Source of the DNA: Eledone cirrhosa
Lineage: Eukaryota
Assembly: GCA_964016885.1 (NCBI GenBank)
Contig: OZ024755.1
Coordinates: 22,320,001-22,384,000 of the forward strand
Direction: 5' to 3'
DNA length: 64,000 bases
Below the pieces are notes generated by a model. The model did not search any database. It worked only from the letters and a program-made list of their open reading frames with translations, and was not told where the DNA came from. Positions 38,590 to 52,777 of this stretch are shown here, one piece after another. The first letter of the stretch is position 1, and each line of letters begins with the position of its first letter. Both the position numbers and the translations under genes were made by a program.

Positions 38590-38750
38590 AGCTCTGGCCG
38601 TTTTGACAGCTATTTCTGAAATAGCTGTCAAAATGGCCAGAGCTCAGCCGTTGGGGTCCTGACTCTTTTTCTATTACCCACTCTACTACCCATAGTATCG
38701 AGTACCCTGGTGCGTTATGGTCCACCTGGTTCCTTAACACACTTCCTTCA
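38590..38750 (+). mobile_element. Repeat family C with 27-bp-arm palindrome at its 5' end
   Basis: 38590-38616 versus 38618-38644 inverted (one G.T pair); downstream TTACCCACTCTACTACCC..GGTGCGTTATGGTCCACCTGG shared with the 54620 and 23350 copies. Confidence 0.65.
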
Positions 38751-39111
38751 TTATATATATATATAATTAAAAATACGAGGAAATAATAATAAACAAAAAT
38801 ATACCTAATTTTTCTTCAAAGTCCCAACTACAATTTCACCCATCCATTTACACCAATTTCTGCACTATAAAAATGTATCATCGCTGTGGGGTTGATAAGG
38901 CTTAGCAAGAGACCCCTCAAAAAAGGGACTGTTTCCTGACGTGTTCATAGCAATTGAGAAATTCTTGAGAGGCGGTGGGAGAAATTAACACTTCATATGG
39001 TAGTCACAGAAGGGTAGTAAAGGTGGACTGTGAGTGAGTAACGTATTTGCTAGAAGAAGCAGTTAGTACACACCTGGTTAACTCAACCATAAGGGAGTTT
39101 GGGACAATATA

Positions 39112-39280
39112 ATAATTGTTTCTACTTTTGGAACAAGGCCAGCAATAACCCAGTGCATTACTGGTACTTTATTTTATCGACCCCGTAAGGATGAAAGGCA
39201 AAGTGAACTCAGATCATAAATGGAGGTAACTCTATGCTTCAAAGCATGGCGTCCGACCCTCTACCAAGACTGCCAATCCA
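39112..39280 (-). mobile_element. SINE family A with internal deletion
   Basis: GGCAAAGTGAACTCAG junction removes about 18 nt next to the B-box. Confidence 0.85.
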
Positions 39281-39299
39281 ATATAGATATATATACATA

Positions 39300-39361
<62 letters not shown>

Positions 39362-39488
39362 ATGTATATATATCTATATTATATATTATATATATATATA
39401 TATTATAATATATATATATAATATAATATAGTATATATATAATATAGATATATATACATATATATATAATATATATGTATATATACAT

Positions 39489-39822
39489 GGAGGCACATGG
39501 CTTAGTGGTTAGAGCATTGGGCTTGCAATCGAAATGTTGTGAGTTCAATTCTCAGACCAGGTGATGTGTTGTTTCCTTGAGCAAGACACTTTATTTCACA
39601 TTGCTCCAGTTTACTCAGCTGTAGAAATGAGATGATAGGACTGAGGTCCCTATCATTCCACTGTAAAGTGGACGTGTAGGCGCCACGGCAAAAAAGCACC
39701 CAGCACTCACTGTAAATGAGGTTGGTGTTAGGAAGGGCATCCAGCTGTAGAAATCGAGCCAGAATCAGTTCCCGTCCCACCCTTGCAAGCAGGGAAAAGC
39801 GGACGTAAAATGAAATGATGAT
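39489..39822 (+). mobile_element. Composite SINE: tRNA-like head, central domain and RTE 3' tail
   Basis: Head TGGCTTAGTGGTTAGAGC..GAGTTCAATTC; tail CCCTTGCAAGCAGGGAAAAGCGGACGTAAAATGA matches the RTE end at 60878-60925; close inverted copy at 51761-52096. Confidence 0.85.
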
Positions 39823-41705
39823 ATAATATAAATATATATACATATATATATAATATATATATTATATACATATATATTATATATAGAAATAAAACAATAA
39901 TGATAATAATCTTTTCCAAAGTTTCATATTTATCACACTTTCTGCTAGTTGTCCTAACACTTGAGTGTTGTATATTTATTTATTTTATCAACATTAGTAT
40001 CTCAAGAGATGGCTTTTGTTAACGCAGAAGAAAAAATATAGAACATTACTAAGTGTGTTAATTTCCAACTTAAGATGAATCATAGTACCCAATATGGCTA
40101 TAGGTCAAGCTACTTGTGTAAAGATCAGACCCTTAAGAAGTTCACTATGTCAGAAAGGATGTGTGTGTCTTCTAAAGATATCAAATAACTGTATCTTTAT
40201 AATTAATTAGAATGATGGTTCATTAGAAAATGTCACCCGTTAAACTAATCTATAAAATACTTTTATCTAAAGTTATTTTCTATTATTTCATTTCCAACAA
40301 TGATTTTACAGTTATCAAATGTGTTTTACAGTTATCAAATGTGTTTGATATTCGATTAAATTATATAAAACTCTTCAATTTACGACTTCTTTTGTTGTCG
40401 TATATTTTTGTTCTTTCATGCAGCTACATATGTACCTCTTCTTGTTTTATATTCGCTAAGTAGTGTAAAGTGTTGCAGGTGAAGGAGTTAAGATAATGGG
40501 GTGCTTCTGACCCATGAGTCATAAGTTCACATGTGTACTTTTCATTAAGACTTCTTACTTTACTCAGATCAACTTGTCTGGAAAAAAAAATACAAGCATT
40601 ACACTTCAGGATTAAGTGGTTGGCATTAATAAGAGTACTCACTTCTGAAAATAATTACTGCAAATGTTTGAATTTGCAAAACTCTCTCGACATACTAGAA
40701 TTTTCTGTTCCATATACCTTAAGGTTGAAAAAAAAACACACAAAGAAACAAAAGCATATATAAAAATATATATATATGAATATGTATATATACATATGTG
40801 AATAAGAATATATATATGTGTATATATATATCAATGTGTGTGTGTATATATATAACTATGTGTGTATGTATATATATATATGATGATGATGATTATATAT
40901 ATATATACTGAGACCTTTGTAAGTACATCTTGTCTGGTTGAGGTAATATCAAGTGGATCTATACAGATATCCTGTTCATATATATCTGAATGATAAATTA
41001 ATGAAAGCTTCAAATAATAAATATTGGAATGGTAAATTTTATAAAATGATGCTTTGAACACAACAACAAGATATTTTCCTCTGGGCTGGAAGGACCAGTG
41101 AATAGTGGGATGGAGGGGGTATATGTATGTTGCATTATCATAAAGATTTTAAAATACGCAGAATGAGTGATGGAATAACAAAGCTATGAATTTATTTGAA
41201 ATATCCTTGGATCTACAATGTTGCGAACAGCTAATTAAATCTTCTTCTTCTCCCATTTATTCCTAGGAGCGCTGTGTCTGTATGAGCTGCACACACACAT
41301 AACAGATAATACACAACACACACACACACACACACAGCATTTTGTCTTCAAACCCAGCTCTGGTCTGGGTCACAGATTTAACTGTCCACAAACATTTGCA
41401 TCTACCTAGTGTTGATTAGCGCCATCTTTCAATATGGCTGTGAAGTGTAACCAATCAGAGTGATGTACATATGCACACTGAAACAATTCGATCATTTTTT
41501 CCATGTTTATGGATTTTGTGTTAAGTTCCGAAATTCAACATCATTACCAGATCAATTCTCTCTAACAATTTCTTAAAAAGTTCTTCCGATGGTTTGGTCA
41601 TGCCCTCCACCACCTATAAGGTTTAGGTGAGTTCATCCATGATGTAGTCATGCCTGAGATGGCATAAACTGGAAAGTGGATAGCTGAAGATGTGGATTGA
41701 CATAA

Positions 41706-42582
41706 TCAAGTCAGATCATCAGCTATATCAAGTCAGATCTTCAGCTATATCATGTCAGATCTTCAGCAGTATCATGTCAGATCTTGAGCTATATCAAGGC
41801 AGATCTTGAGCTGTATCAAGTCAGATCTTGAGCTGTATCAAGTCAGATCTTGAGCTGTATCAAGTCAGATCTTGAGCTGTATCAAGTCAGATCTTGAGCT
41901 GTATCAAGTCAGATCTTGAGCTGTATCAAGTCAGATCTTGAGCTGTATCAAGGCAGATCTTGAGCTGTATCAAGTCAGATCTTAACCAATATCAAGTCAG
42001 ATTTTGAGCTATATCAACTACAAACTTGAGCAATATCAAGTCAGATCTTGAGCAATATCAAGTCAGATCTTGAGCAATATCAAGTCAGATCTTGAGCAAT
42101 ATCAAGTCAGATCTTGAGCAATATCAAGTCAGATCTTAAGCAATATCAAGTCAGATCTTAAGCAATATCAAGTCAGATCTTGAGCTGTATCAAGTCAGAT
42201 CTTGAGCAATATCAAGTCAGATCTTGAGCAATATCAAGTCAGATCTTGAGCAATATCAAGTCAGATCTTGAGCAATATCAAGTCAGATCTTGAGCTGTAT
42301 CAAGTCAGATCTTGAGCAGTATCAAGTCAGATCTTGAGCTGTATCAAGTCAGATCTTGAGCTGTATCATGTCAGATCTTGAGCAGTATCAAGGCAGATCT
42401 TGAGCTGTATCAAGTCAGATCTTGAGCTGTACATGTCAGATCTTGAGCAGTATCAAGGCAGATCTTGAGCAGTATCAAGTCAGATCTTGAGCTGTATCAA
42501 GTCAGATCTTGAGCAATATCAAGTCAGATCTTGAGCAATATCAAGTCAGATCTTGAGCTGTATCAAGTCAAATTTTGAGCAG
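41706..42582. repeat. 22-bp minisatellite (about 40 copies)
   Basis: CAAGTCAGATCTTGAGCTGTAT with CAAT and CAGT variants, period 22. Confidence 0.95.
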
Positions 42583-43654
42583 TCTACACACATGTGGTGT
42601 CTGCTGTTGGAACCTTGACTGACTCACTCACTATATCTTTATCGGATGTCTGTAATTGCCATACGTGGGCAGCTTCTGTTCACAATACTGTGGATTCACT
42701 GGTTGGAGCTGGCTGAAGCCACGCTGGGTGAATGCTGACACAAGTACAAATAAAAGTAAAACTACCTTATAGAGGAAGATAGGTAGAAATATATATGTAG
42801 CCAGTGTATTGTTGTTTATAGCATGAAACAGCTTGAATAGTAAAAGGTGATGGTAGTATTGAATATTAAAAGTAAACCAATAAAATCTCCATGCTGATAA
42901 AATCGCACATAAACACACACATGTGCACACACATTCACAGTCACATATGTGCGCGTGCACACATGTACATACACAAGCATACAGTCACATAAAGTTATAC
43001 ATACACACATACAAACGCTTTATTGATTTAAGAAAATATTCAAAGATATATGCTGGTTATTTTCTTATTTCTTATGAAACCTTCTTTGCATGGAATCATT
43101 TGGTATTTAAAATGTTTCTTTTATTGATTTCTGAGAAAGAAAACTAGAATTGTAGAATGTTTCCTTAAATTTTATATTTTCTTAGGATTTCTGAATTAAC
43201 TTCATTGAGGCTCTTTCTTTTCTTTATGTAGGCCATTCAAATGAACTGTGCAAAACAAATTCAAATATGTTAAAAGTACATAAAATAATATTGAAGCTTT
43301 TTTATATACTATAGTCATGTCATTGTATATGTGGTTATTGGTGTGGCTGTTTAGCCCTAGGTCAGCCCCAACTAAACAAACCAATAATTAAAGATGTTGT
43401 TTCAGCTGTGACCACTCAATTTTATTTATCTAGAATTACACATAATTATACACAGTGAATTGACAGAGTTGTTAGAACGTTTGGTAGCATGTTTTGCCGT
43501 ATTCGTTTCAGCTGTCTGAGTTCAAATCCCGTTGAGGTAAAACTTTGCCTTTTATCCATTCTACGTTGATAAAAAAAAGTATGAGGCTAGTACTAGGTCG
43601 GTTCTTCATCTATATCTCTTTCTCACTTCCAATCTCTCACTCTCGATCCTTCTG

Positions 43655-43761
43655 TGGAAGAAATCTGCTGTATTCAGACCTAGCGAGGTGATGGGCTCTG
43701 CCAAGTTTAGAAATGCCATATATCAATGTTGAACCCCTACAACTCCATCAGGAGTTACAGG
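43655..43761 (+). repeat. Unclassified interspersed repeat (also about 50710-50840 and about 63055-63200)
   Basis: Shared TGCT(G/A)TATTCAGAC...CCCCTACAACTCCA.CAGGA(G/A)TTAC..CCAT. Confidence 0.65.
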
Positions 43762-43762
43762 A

Positions 43763-44162
43763 CCATACCATACCATACCATACCATACCATACCATGCCA
43801 TGCCATACCATACCATACCATACCATGCCATACCATGCCATACCATACCATACCATACCATGCCATACCATGCCATACCATACCATACCATGCCATACCA
43901 TACCATACCATACCATGCCATACCATGCCATGCCATACCATACCATACCATGCCATACCATGCCATGCCATACCATACCATGCCATACCATGCCATGCCA
44001 TACCATGCCATGCCATGCCATACCATGCCATACCATACCATACCATGCCATGCCATACCATACCATGCCATGCCATACCATGCCATGCCATACCATACCA
44101 TGCCATGCCATACCATGCCATGCCATACCATGCCATGCCATGCCATGCCATGCCATACCATA
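43763..44162. repeat. Pentanucleotide microsatellite (CCATA/CCATG)n, about 80 units
   Basis: Uninterrupted 5-nt periodicity; source of six spurious ORFs. Confidence 0.97.
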
Positions 44163-45918
44163 CACATTATTCGATGTGTTTTTTTGTAAAGATCATATGC
44201 CTTCTTAACCATGTATAGCTGTGATTAAGAAGTTAAGTTTGTAACTGCATGGTGTTAGGGTTTTATATGGGACATTGATTTCTGTTTTTCTTTTTAAATA
44301 TCTTCTAATGTGTTACAACTGCAAGGGAAGGAGTATAGTCAATTGGTTTATTTATTTCTTGTAGAGGCTTCCATAGTTGGCTGACAGTTTGTGTAATAAT
44401 ATTTTGACTGCAATTTCTTGCAGTAATATATTAAAGCGAGTTAAAATCTGAGAATTATTAATTGTTGTTTCCTCATGACATGTCTTTCAAAATAAATGTT
44501 TTTTTTTGTTTTGTTTTTTATTTGTTTTTTTAAATCACAGACAGCGGGGGATATTGACTCAGTCTGTTTTTGATGATAACGTTTTGAATGATGATATCAA
44601 CTCAATGTAAACAATACAACATTGGTTGTGCTGATTAGTGTAATTAGATATTAGATATTATTATATTGTTTTTTAAAAAAAGGTGGTGGATTGGCAGAAT
44701 CATTAAAACGTGGGACAAAATGCCTTGTAGTAATTGTTATGGCTGTTTTCACTCCATTTTTAAATTATGCAATCTTTCATCCTTCTCTTGTTGATTTAAT
44801 TACTAAGTGCCCCCCCCCCCCCCCCCCCCCACACACACACGCACTGCCCAAATTTCTGACTTTATGCCTCTCTTAGAAATGATTATATTATATTAAGCCC
44901 CTGATCAAGCTGATTAATTATTAAAAGCATTCCTTTTTCTTTTTTAGGGGTATGTATTAATTAATGTATCTGTTTTTCAGATAGCCGGCTGTGATTAGAG
45001 GGAGGTTTTCCTTGCTATTTCTAGTATGTCGAGTGAACACGTAGAGGCCTCTTTGTTGGCTCATTATAATTTTTGTGCAGTCTAGATGTTTGTTCATCTT
45101 TTAAAGTTTCTTTTATAAATAGAATTTGCTGCCTAGTTTGAAAGTTTTAAGTGGAATAGCTTCCTTTAGTGAACTTCTGACCTTTCAACAAACAGAACTA
45201 CCACAAACTTCCTATTTCCTCTATTCTTTTGACACTCTTAATTTTGCAGCTTTTATTCTTAAAGATATCTTATAGTGATTCCATGCAGATTTCAGAGGCT
45301 GAAAAAAACTATGCATGACATATGTTAATTTGGAATAAGCTAACAAAATACTTCATTTCACATTGCTCCAGTAAACTCAGCTGAAAATGAGTACCAGGGA
45401 TAGTTGGAGGGGTTAACCCTGTGATGGATTGGTATCCTGTCCAGAGGGAAGTCTTGTATTCTCAGTCACTTAATGCCAGAGAAACTGGGGACAGACTTTA
45501 GACTTCAATGGAATCTTTATGCGGTCATTCAATCTGATAGAAATAGTAACCAATTTCTTTTTCAAATTTCATTCACCCCACTGTCTTAAAAAGAGAAGTC
45601 CTCATTTAATAATGTAGTCTTGCATAAGCTTAGTTTGAATAAATAACCAGATGGTCATGACTCGAATTGCTTTAACCATAATACCATTGGATCAAAATAG
45701 ATCTGAGATTAGTTGCTGCTATGGGAAGAAAATGTTTAGAAATATGACAATGATATATGCAAGCATGGGAAAATGGATGTAAAAATGATGATGATAATAT
45801 GATACAAACAATACATATTCAGTGTTCATTCTTTCTCATCATTCTATAATCTAGCAATCATAGTTAGACTATGCTTCACTGATGAGCTCTTTTAAGATGG
45901 AAACATGTCACTATACAA

Positions 45919-46112
45919 CAATTTGAAGGGAAGGGGAGAGTCAATTAAATCAACCTCAGTGCATTGCTGGTACTTTATTTTATCGACTCCTGTAAGGATC
46001 AAAGGCAAAGCTAACTTCAGCAGGATTTGAACTCAGAATGTAAAGGGCCGTTACTATATGCCACAAAACATGTTGTCCGACATCTACAGATTATTGTCAA
46101 TCAATTGCCTTA
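45919..46112 (-). mobile_element. SINE family A, diverged
   Basis: GGTACTTTATTTTATCGAC..GGCAAAGCTAACTTC..GGATTTGAACTCAG. Confidence 0.8.
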
Positions 46113-46614
46113 ATGTTGAATTAAACAACAACAATTGAAATATATCCTTACCATCTATTTAGGCAAACATCTCATCCAAATTAACAGATATCAGTCTTTT
46201 TTTATTATGTTTTATTTGGGAATTCATATTTTCTGATAAGGTAAAAGTAAAGAAAAAATATTTTCAATATTTTGATGTTAGGCTTTGATTAGATATTAAT
46301 CATTCTGTTACATTCCTGTCACCCTCACCTACCCCTTTAGTTTTTTATAATGATGGTAATAGTCTGAAATAATATCCTCCTCGCATGATATCGGAAGATG
46401 GAAGAAAAGAATATTTGATATCGGTTGTAGTTTCCTTACTCATAGTATTTTCAACATCTATTGTTTACATGAAATATCTTTAGCTGTTGCCCATTTTATT
46501 TTTTATCTCGAAATATCCTACAATTTTGCTATCTTCAATTTATCTCCTCTTATTTGTTGTTTGTCTACTTTTTTTTTTGTTCCATTCTCTGCTTTCCCCG
46601 TGTTCTTCACGCAC

Positions 46615-47562
<948 letters not shown>

Positions 47563-47680
47563 TATTGTAGATGGAGAGATTTATTTACTTTATTCTTTCT
47601 GCTCTTTTCCACAGCAAAGAACAAACACAATTGCTATTAAGTAATACAGATTAATTTATATTTTATTATTATTATCTTTA

Positions 47681-47897
47681 GGGTGGTGGATTGGTAGAAT
47701 CGGTAGAGCATCAGCCACCATGCTTTGCAGCATAGAGCTGTGGCCCTTTACGTTCTGAGCTCAACCCCGCCGAGGTTAGCTTTGCCTTTCATCTTTGCGG
47801 GGTCGATAAAATAAAACACCAGTAATGCACTGGGGTCGATTTAATGGACTTTACTCTCCCCCAAAATTGCTGGCTTTGTGCTTAAAGTAGAAACAAT
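47681..47897 (+). mobile_element. SINE family A (long-tail variant) with about 14-bp TSD
   Basis: TTATTATTATCTTT on both sides. Confidence 0.88.
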
Positions 47898-48094
47898 TAT
47901 TATTATCTTTTTCTTTTTAATATTTCAGGGCTTAATATCCCCTCATCGGAGTATGGGGAATACTCAGAGCAAAGAATTCTGCCTTTATCGCTTTGAAATT
48001 AGATTATATATATATATATATTTTCTTTTTTTTGGGGGGGGGGGGGGTTAAACCATTTTCCTTGAGACAAGATAGGTCAGAAAAATAGTTTGTT

Positions 48095-48143
<49 letters not shown>

Positions 48144-48230
48144 GTCCAGAAAAATAGTTTTAGTAGAGAGAGAGGAGGAGTGACAGGGAGATAGAAGGAA
48201 ACAAAATAGTCCAGAAAAATAGCTTATGTT

Positions 48231-48267
<37 letters not shown>

Positions 48268-50081
48268 CAGACAAAGAAAGAGATAGAGAGGGACACAGAG
48301 AGAGATGGAGGGAGGGGGAGATCTTGATTTTAAATGATGAGAGTTAAGATTTCAATAAAATTGAAAACAACCAATTTAATTAATTTTCTGATGAATTGTA
48401 ATGTTTGTTTTTATCTGACTACACCACATGGTCGTGTGGTTGATAAGCTCGCTTTACAATCATGTTGGTTCCAGATTTAATCCCATTACATATCACTTTG
48501 GCCAAGTGTCTACCATAGCCTTGAAAATCATATTTGGTAGACATAAACTATGTGGAAGCCCATCATGTGTGTGTGTGTGTGTGTGTATTAGTATATAATT
48601 TTTAGTCTAAGTTGTATCCCTTTATGCTAAGATGGACTTAACTCTAGGTCATCATCATCACCACCGTTTAACATCCATTTTTCTATGCTAGCATGTGTTA
48701 GATGAGTTGTCCCATTTGAGACAAGTCAGGTGACCATGTCTTGCTCATACAGAACTGTTTCTAGCTTGATTTCTATGGTTGGATGCTTTTCCTAATTACC
48801 AGACAAAGTATTGGGGTTGATATGATGCCCCAGCATGGCCACAGTTCAAAGAGTGAAACTGCTCCAACAGTTAGTGTGATTCATAATTTTATTTTCCCAC
48901 TTAGAGCCATAAAAAATGTTAGAAATATTAGAATTCATTGCCATGAATTCCATACCATAAGTTTTGAAAAGAAATGAAATATTATTTGGGGCCTCATGGA
49001 TATTGTTATGCCATTTTAGTTGGTCTATTATTATAAAACCAAATATTGATGTTTGAATATAAAGGATACTTTTCTTACTATTCTGTGATTGATTTTGAAG
49101 AGTAAATTTTCTTTATCTGTCTGTCTGTCTTTAATGATGTATACATCTAAGAAGTAAAATAATCATTTTTTTTTTTGCAGTGTTTGGATTTACAATCTGT
49201 CTTTTATTCAGTGCTAGGCTTTCATTATAGCTTTGCTTCTAATCTAAAAAAAAAACCCTAGCTAGCATATATAGCATGAAATTATAGTCAGAACAGTTGT
49301 TTTGACTTGGAAAACAGAAAGATGTGTGTGTCTGTGTGTTTGTGTTTAAAGATGATATAAGCAAATAAGCTAAATCAATAAATATAGGTCCATCATCAAA
49401 CTATTTCATTTAAAATGAATAATACTTAAAAGAAATTGTCGTTGATCCATTCATTTGTTTAATACATTTTGGGAAACTTATAAGATCAATTGAACTTCTA
49501 ACTGAATATCAATACCACCATCATCATCATCATCATTTTATACGGATGCTGCAACATGCTGCCTTGAATTAAATGAGACATTTTTGGATGCCTTTCTTGA
49601 TGCCGACATATAACTTATTTTTGAATATGGTATATACTGCTGAACTTTGTTAAACCACTAAGATTCAGTGCTTATTGTTTATGTGGAGCATAAACAAAGA
49701 TGAACACTTGTTTTAAATGATGTCATATGAAGACACATGCAGAGACAGACATGCAAACACATACACACTCACACACACACATACAGTGAGCTTTCTCACA
49801 TTTCCACCTACCAGATTCCCTATCATTGTTTGGATCTGAGGCTAGAGTAGCAGACACAAGCGTAAGGTGCCATGGTATCAAAGTAGAAACCATGTGGTTG
49901 AAAAGTGAACTTCTTAACTGCAAAACAATACCTGCACCTATATATATATATATATGTAGGAGGTGAGTTTTATTGTAGTACAATAAAGCAATGCAGATAT
50001 CGGATAAGAAGCACTCTACAGTTTGTAGGACTGGAGTATACATAATATATAAGAACAAAAGATGGTTAAAAGAGTTCCATG

Positions 50082-50152
50082 TATTTTATTATGCGCATTT
50101 CAAAAACAAACATCATCATGCAATAATATTTGTGTTTTCATCAGATAAAACA
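50082..50152 (-). ncRNA. Minimal type I hammerhead ribozyme motif (mirror copy)
   Basis: Exact reverse complement of 50254-50324. Confidence 0.8.
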
Positions 50153-50253
50153 GGATGACATGATATGAAGGTTAAAAAACACTTGTGGATAGTTCAGTTG
50201 ATTTAAAACTGAACTATCCACAAGTGTTTTTTAACCTTCATATCATGTCATCC

Positions 50254-50324
50254 TGTTTTATCTGATGAAAACACAAATATTATTGCATGATGATGTTTGT
50301 TTTTGAAATGCGCATAATAAAATA
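50254..50324 (+). ncRNA. Minimal type I hammerhead ribozyme motif
   Basis: TGTTTTAT-CTGATGA(50262)-AAACACAAATATTAT tgcatg ATGATGTTTGTTTTT-GAAA(50305)-TGCGCA-TA-ATAAAATA; predicted cleavage after 50316 (AUA). Confidence 0.82.
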
Positions 50325-50352
50325 CATGGAACTCTTTTAACCATCTTTTGTT

Positions 50353-50400
<48 letters not shown>

Positions 50401-50869
50401 CACACACAGTGTATCCCCGGTTGTTCACAGAATTTTCCTCAGAACCTAACTAATAATTGTTTGTGGAAACCACTGCATATTTGCGGAATCATAAATATCT
50501 TCCACAATTTTTTAATAGCTTTTTTCGTGGCAATATATATTTTTTCACGCTTTTTAAGACTAAATTATTATTAACAATATAGCATATTTGCCAGCCTATA
50601 TTTTATGTTATGTTTTGACATTTATAGGAATTTTTAGGGTCCACATCCAATATTTGTGGTTTTTCACTTTTTGCGGGTGCTCTGTTACTCTGGAGTTTCA
50701 CCTGGGCACTTATGCTATATTCAGACCTGAAGAGTTAATGGGTTCTGCCAGATTTACAATGTTCAAAACATGTCATATGTTACTACAACACCCCTACAAC
50801 TCCACCAGGAATTACATATCCATGTATATAGATGTTCATTCAGTAATATAGTTTTAGTAACATTGAACT

Positions 50870-51062
50870 TTAACCGGCCATTTCTGGCCAGAATTCTCTC
50901 ACTTCTTTCTGTTCAAACCGGCTGTAGCCGGCCACTCATACTGATGTTAAAGTATTGTTATCAAAATAAATATTAAGATCTCATAGATTCAATATTATGT
51001 GAAGTAAAGCCTTTACCATGAAAATATAATAGTAAATATAGAGTAATGTAAATGCTAAAGGG
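50870..51062 (+). mobile_element. piggyBac-like MITE lacking its left TIR
   Basis: Homologous to 6341-6548; ends AAATGCTAAAGGG|TTAA. Confidence 0.8.
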
Positions 51063-51407
51063 TTAATATAAACCTTCAAGGTAACTGTAGGCATAACAAT
51101 GGAGATTGGCATGGTTATGTGGTCAAGAAGTTTGATCCCACTGTATGACAGCTTTGGTGAGAGGCAGGGCCTTTACCATAGCATGAGGTCAACCCAAGTG
51201 AAATTGGGTAGACAAAAACTCTGTACACGACTGTCAGATTAAATGTACATACCTGTAATTAAAAGGTCCAGCCTTGTCACATTGTGGCCTACTTATTCAG
51301 CTTGGGAATTATACAAAGTGTACACGTCTGTGGAATACTCAACCACTTCCACATTAATTCACAAGTTGGACATTCAATTGATCAAACAACTGAATGTGTA
51401 TCATTAA

Positions 51408-51628
51408 CACTTTAGTATTCAAACTGGTCGTATCTGGCCAGAATTCTCTCACCTCTTTCTGTTCAAACTGGCTATAACCAGCTGCTTATACTGATGTTAA
51501 GGTATTGTTCTCAAAATAAATAACATCAAAACCTCATAAATTCGATATTATGTTAGATAATTATGTGAAGTAAAGCCTTTACCATGAAAATATAATAGTA
51601 ATCATAGAGTAATGTAAATGCTAAAGGG
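51408..51628 (+). mobile_element. piggyBac-like MITE nested in an old SINE (about 51105-51655)
   Basis: TTAA at 51404-51407 and 51629-51632; TIR-like ends CACTTTAGTATT / AATGCTAAAGGG. Confidence 0.85.
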
Positions 51629-51760
51629 TTAAAACTGATGGAATATCCATTGTCAGGCATAATAATATATATATGTATGATGGTTATGTTTCTCAATATA
51701 AAAGCTCAATGGATGTTTGTCCAGAGCATCAATAATTCAAATTAAAAGATATATTTGGAA

Positions 51761-52096
51761 TCATCATCATCATCATTTTACATCCGCTTTTCCCTGCTTG
51801 CAAGGGTGGGACAGGAACTGATTCTGGCTTGATTTCTACAGCTGGATGCCCTTCCTAACACCAACCTCATTTACAGTGAGTGCTGGGTGCTTTTTTCCAT
51901 GGCGCCTACATGTCCACTTTGCAGTGGAATGATAGGGACTCCAGTCCTATCATCTCATTTCTACAGCTGAGTAAACTGGAGCAATGTGAAATAAAGTGTC
52001 TTGCTCAAGGAAACAACACATCACCCGGTCTGAAAATTGAACTCACAACCTTTCAATTGCAAGGCCAATGCTCTAACCACTAAGCCATGTGCCTCC
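51761..52096 (-). mobile_element. Composite tRNA-head / RTE-tail SINE
   Basis: Close reverse complement of 39489-39822. Confidence 0.85.
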
Positions 52097-52126
52097 ATAA
52101 TATATATTATATTATATTATTATTAA

Positions 52127-52313
52127 GGGCAGTGAATTGGCAGTATCGGTAGAGGGTCGACGCCATACTTTCCAGCACAGTTACGTCCCTTTACGGTCTG
52201 AGTTCAAATCCCGTTGATGTTAACTTTGCCTTTCATCCTTACGGGGTCGATAAAATAAAGTACCAGTAATGAACTGGGTAATTGCTGGCCTTGTGCCAAA
52301 AGTAGAAACAATT
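52127..52313 (+). mobile_element. SINE family A
   Basis: Full head-to-tail copy in an (ATATT)n target. Confidence 0.9.
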
Positions 52314-52592
52314 ATATTATATTATATTATATTATATTTATACTCTGTTTAGCTCTACCCCTTGCTGTGATCTAAACATTGGATGCTCATGTCAGTGAAA
52401 CTACAGCAGCTTCACGTTACACTCCCTGGATATATATAAATGTATATCAGACGTAAAAATATATATATAATTTATTTCAGGCATATTAATATATATGTAA
52501 TTTAAATATATATTATTTATGTCAGATATAATATAATAATATTAATAACAATAATATATAATTTAGGTGCTATAAAACCTTATAATCATAAT

Positions 52593-52777
52593 TGTTTCTA
52601 TTTTTTGGCACAAGGCCAGCAATTATCCCAGTACATTACTGGCACTTTATTTTATCGACCCCGTAAGGATGAAAGGCAAAGTTAACCTCGGCGGGAATTG
52701 AACTCAGATCGTAAAGGGACGTAACTATGCTGGAAAGCATAATCCAACCCTCTACCGATACTGCCAATTCACCGCTC
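52593..52777 (-). mobile_element. SINE family A with 18-bp TSD
   Basis: AAACCTTATAATCATAAT at 52575-52592 and 52781-52798. Confidence 0.9.

Larger units (their letters stand above)
50045..50361. mobile_element. Perfect palindrome (155-bp arms, 7-nt spacer): inverted Penelope-like pLTR pair
   Basis: 50045-50199 is the exact reverse complement of 50207-50361; each arm holds a full hammerhead; the ends lie in (TA)n. Confidence 0.85.

Noticed and set aside
39489-39562. tRNA gene
   Set aside because: tRNA-like A and B boxes continue into a SINE body and RTE tail, and a second copy exists at 51761-52096; no convincing cloverleaf.
39502-39843. Similar ORFs at 39502(-) and 51880(+) suggesting a duplicated gene
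   Set aside because: Both are antisense translations of the same SINE family.
43713-44218. Six overlapping ORFs of PYHTI / MAWHG repeats
   Set aside because: Translations of a pentanucleotide microsatellite on both strands.
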